Source: Lingula anatina (Eukaryota > Animalia > Brachiopoda). Taken from it: DNA of 64,000 nucleotides. Under the pieces are notes generated by a model. That model saw nothing but the letters and a program-made list of their open reading frames with translations. It was not told the origin of the DNA and did not search any database. The stretch is from NCBI GenBank assembly GCA_051362555.1, contig CM120646.1:23870001-23934000 (forward strand), in the 5' to 3' direction. Position 1 is the first letter of the stretch, and each line of letters starts with the position of its first letter. A program made the translations under genes and the position numbers. Positions 61,921 through 64,000 of the stretch are shown one piece after another.

Positions 61921-63859
61921 TAAGACTTTGCAGTGAAACAATAGGAAGGCAATAACTGATCTTATTTAGTAAGCTCGGACCCTAAAATAGAGTGCAAGAG
62001 CTAATGTAGTAACCTCTAAAACATGTATACGTAATGTCACGAAATGGATATATCTTTAAAACTGTATTGTTATGGAAAGCGCGTTTTTGTGGAAGTTATT
62101 AGTCATCACAACTGCTACGAAATAATTTAAAACATGGAAATTGTAGACATTTAGCTCATCTCCTAAAAATCAGTTATTTAAGAATCGTGCACGAGGTCTG
62201 AAAAGTTTAACAAAATTTTCTTATCTTGAAACAGGCAAAATACTACCTGAATATATAATTACCTATCTAGAGATGCATTCCAATGCACTGTGACCTTTAA
62301 TTGGTAACCGTTTATCATCAGCTAAATTCCGCAGTAAAAGACATCTGGACGATCTGCCTGCCTCAGAGAACGCTCCTACCTGCCACAACCACTGTGTACA
62401 GCGTTCTCCTGCCTGGACTAGAAACTGTTCTGGACTCGATAGAATTACAGCTCCTTGGATGGAGAACGAATCAAATAAAGTCCTTCTCAAGGAAACCCAT
62501 CCAGGCGTGCCTGTTCGCTTGCCGGTCACTTAATAGAGGGTATACAATCGGGTCATTAAACAATCATTTTATCTTTTAAATCGCAGCCAATGTTCGGCTC
62601 ACTGTAATTGAAACATGTGGACGCCGTTATTGCCACAATTGTCCAATACGCAGGCAAATTCTATGGTGCTGCTGTATATCGCCCGTACTTTCCAAACTCG
62701 ATCGAACGTTTTTTCTTTTTGCTAACCAAATGACAATCAACTGCCAATGAAATGCCGGGTATCTAGCTGCAATAATCAGCGGGGTTCTGTATATTTTATA
62801 CAAAATAGGTCGATATGGAATGGGAATATCAAAACGTTCAGTATCAATGTGCAAGGTCACCCATATATTCTTATCAGTTTTGTTAAAAAAGGAAATACGT
62901 AGGCCAAACCAGACTTCAATCTGAAATGATAAATTTATCTTGAGCTTTGTGTTATAAGAAATATAATACAGGTACCTGAGAATGCTACAAAGTTTGGATC
63001 ACCTTGGCTGACAATAAGATCCTAACGGCACCAACGGATGCTTCACGAACAATATGAAAACATGCATTAGCACTATTAATTTGTTTTAACCCAAGCAAAT
63101 ATAACATATAAAGGATTGAATCAAATTTAGAACACAAAGCAAAGAATATTGCCTGTTATGTAATACCATAGAGCAGTGACCGAGCACTTACTCAAAATGT
63201 TTAAACATAGACGTTTAGCGTTGCCATAATCGCCATTGTATCATTTGTATGTGGCATCTAAACTATTGACATTACAGAAAGGTGCAGAATAAGCAGGGCG
63301 TGTGAAAACCAGCAATTAATGATTCCTTTTAATGTCACACAGACGTCTGGCAGTGTTGAACAATTAACGATACAATGTGAGCCTAATGTGTTTTGTAATT
63401 AGGATACAATCTCTATGTACGATCTAGCACATCTAGTAGATGACTTAATGCACGGGTGCTTGGTTTACTTCATTTACAAAAACCCCAAACGTGTGTATTT
63501 TAAGTATCGTTTTAACATTCAAGCACGATTCATCAAATGTTTTTTTAAACATTCCCATATTCGCAACCACCCCCCCCCCAAAAAAAAAAAAAAAAAAAAA
63601 AAAAAAAACATTCAGCGGGAAAATTTCAACCAACCACGAAACATGGGTATGGTCATGGGTTTATAAAGTCAGGCAGATGAGTCACTCTCACAAACTCTGC
63701 AAAGACAATTGCTTAGTCATCTTATCATTTATCTGTGAAAAACTAATTGGATACATGGTTATGTTGGCGTGGGTGTTGTACAAATATAGCATGACAGTAT
63801 TATTAGATTTGAGTTGAACAGATGCGGCACAGCTGGTCGTGTGCCAATCTACAGTAACC

Positions 63860-63960
63860 GGTGTAACAGGAATGGCAGTCCAACGTTGGAAGTCCGCGGG
63901 CTCCCATATGATTAGTACAGGTTTGGGTTAGTTGAAATATTGGGGTTAATATGGGGGACG
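63860..63960. repeat. Single diverged unit of the 72-bp repeat family at 30228
   Basis: Shares GTGTRACAGGAATGGYAGTCC and CCCATATGATTAGTACAGGTT.GGGTT plus the following AATATTG.GGT flank. Confidence 0.7.
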
Positions 63961-64000
63961 AATGTCACCCGTATAAAGTCATGGGAAGCGGACTACGGTT

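Overview
AT-rich, intron-rich eukaryotic genomic DNA, most consistent with a lophotrochozoan invertebrate (inference). Gene order: 3' end of CCT5 (+); about 13 kb of non-coding sequence holding a 5'-truncated L1/Tx1-type LINE and several G·U-rich fold-back segments; a secreted single-domain ACE (+); four tandem two-exon genes (-) for a 286-287 aa signal-anchored, GNAT-like protein, plus relic fragments and signs of gene conversion; a 15-exon, ~1578-aa type I transmembrane collagen (+) with two furin sites, EGF and IgGFc-binding-like domains, whose one long intron carries a LINE and an antisense tRNA-Asn; SORD (+); and a convergent LRR-Ig-FN3-TM gene (-). The most unusual signals are: (1) two long RNA-type hairpins 11 kb apart that share a covarying 26-bp core but nothing else; (2) the GNAT-like array; (3) the architecture and Thr-rich helix of the collagen. 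All exon models, pairings and counts were read by hand and not verified computationally.
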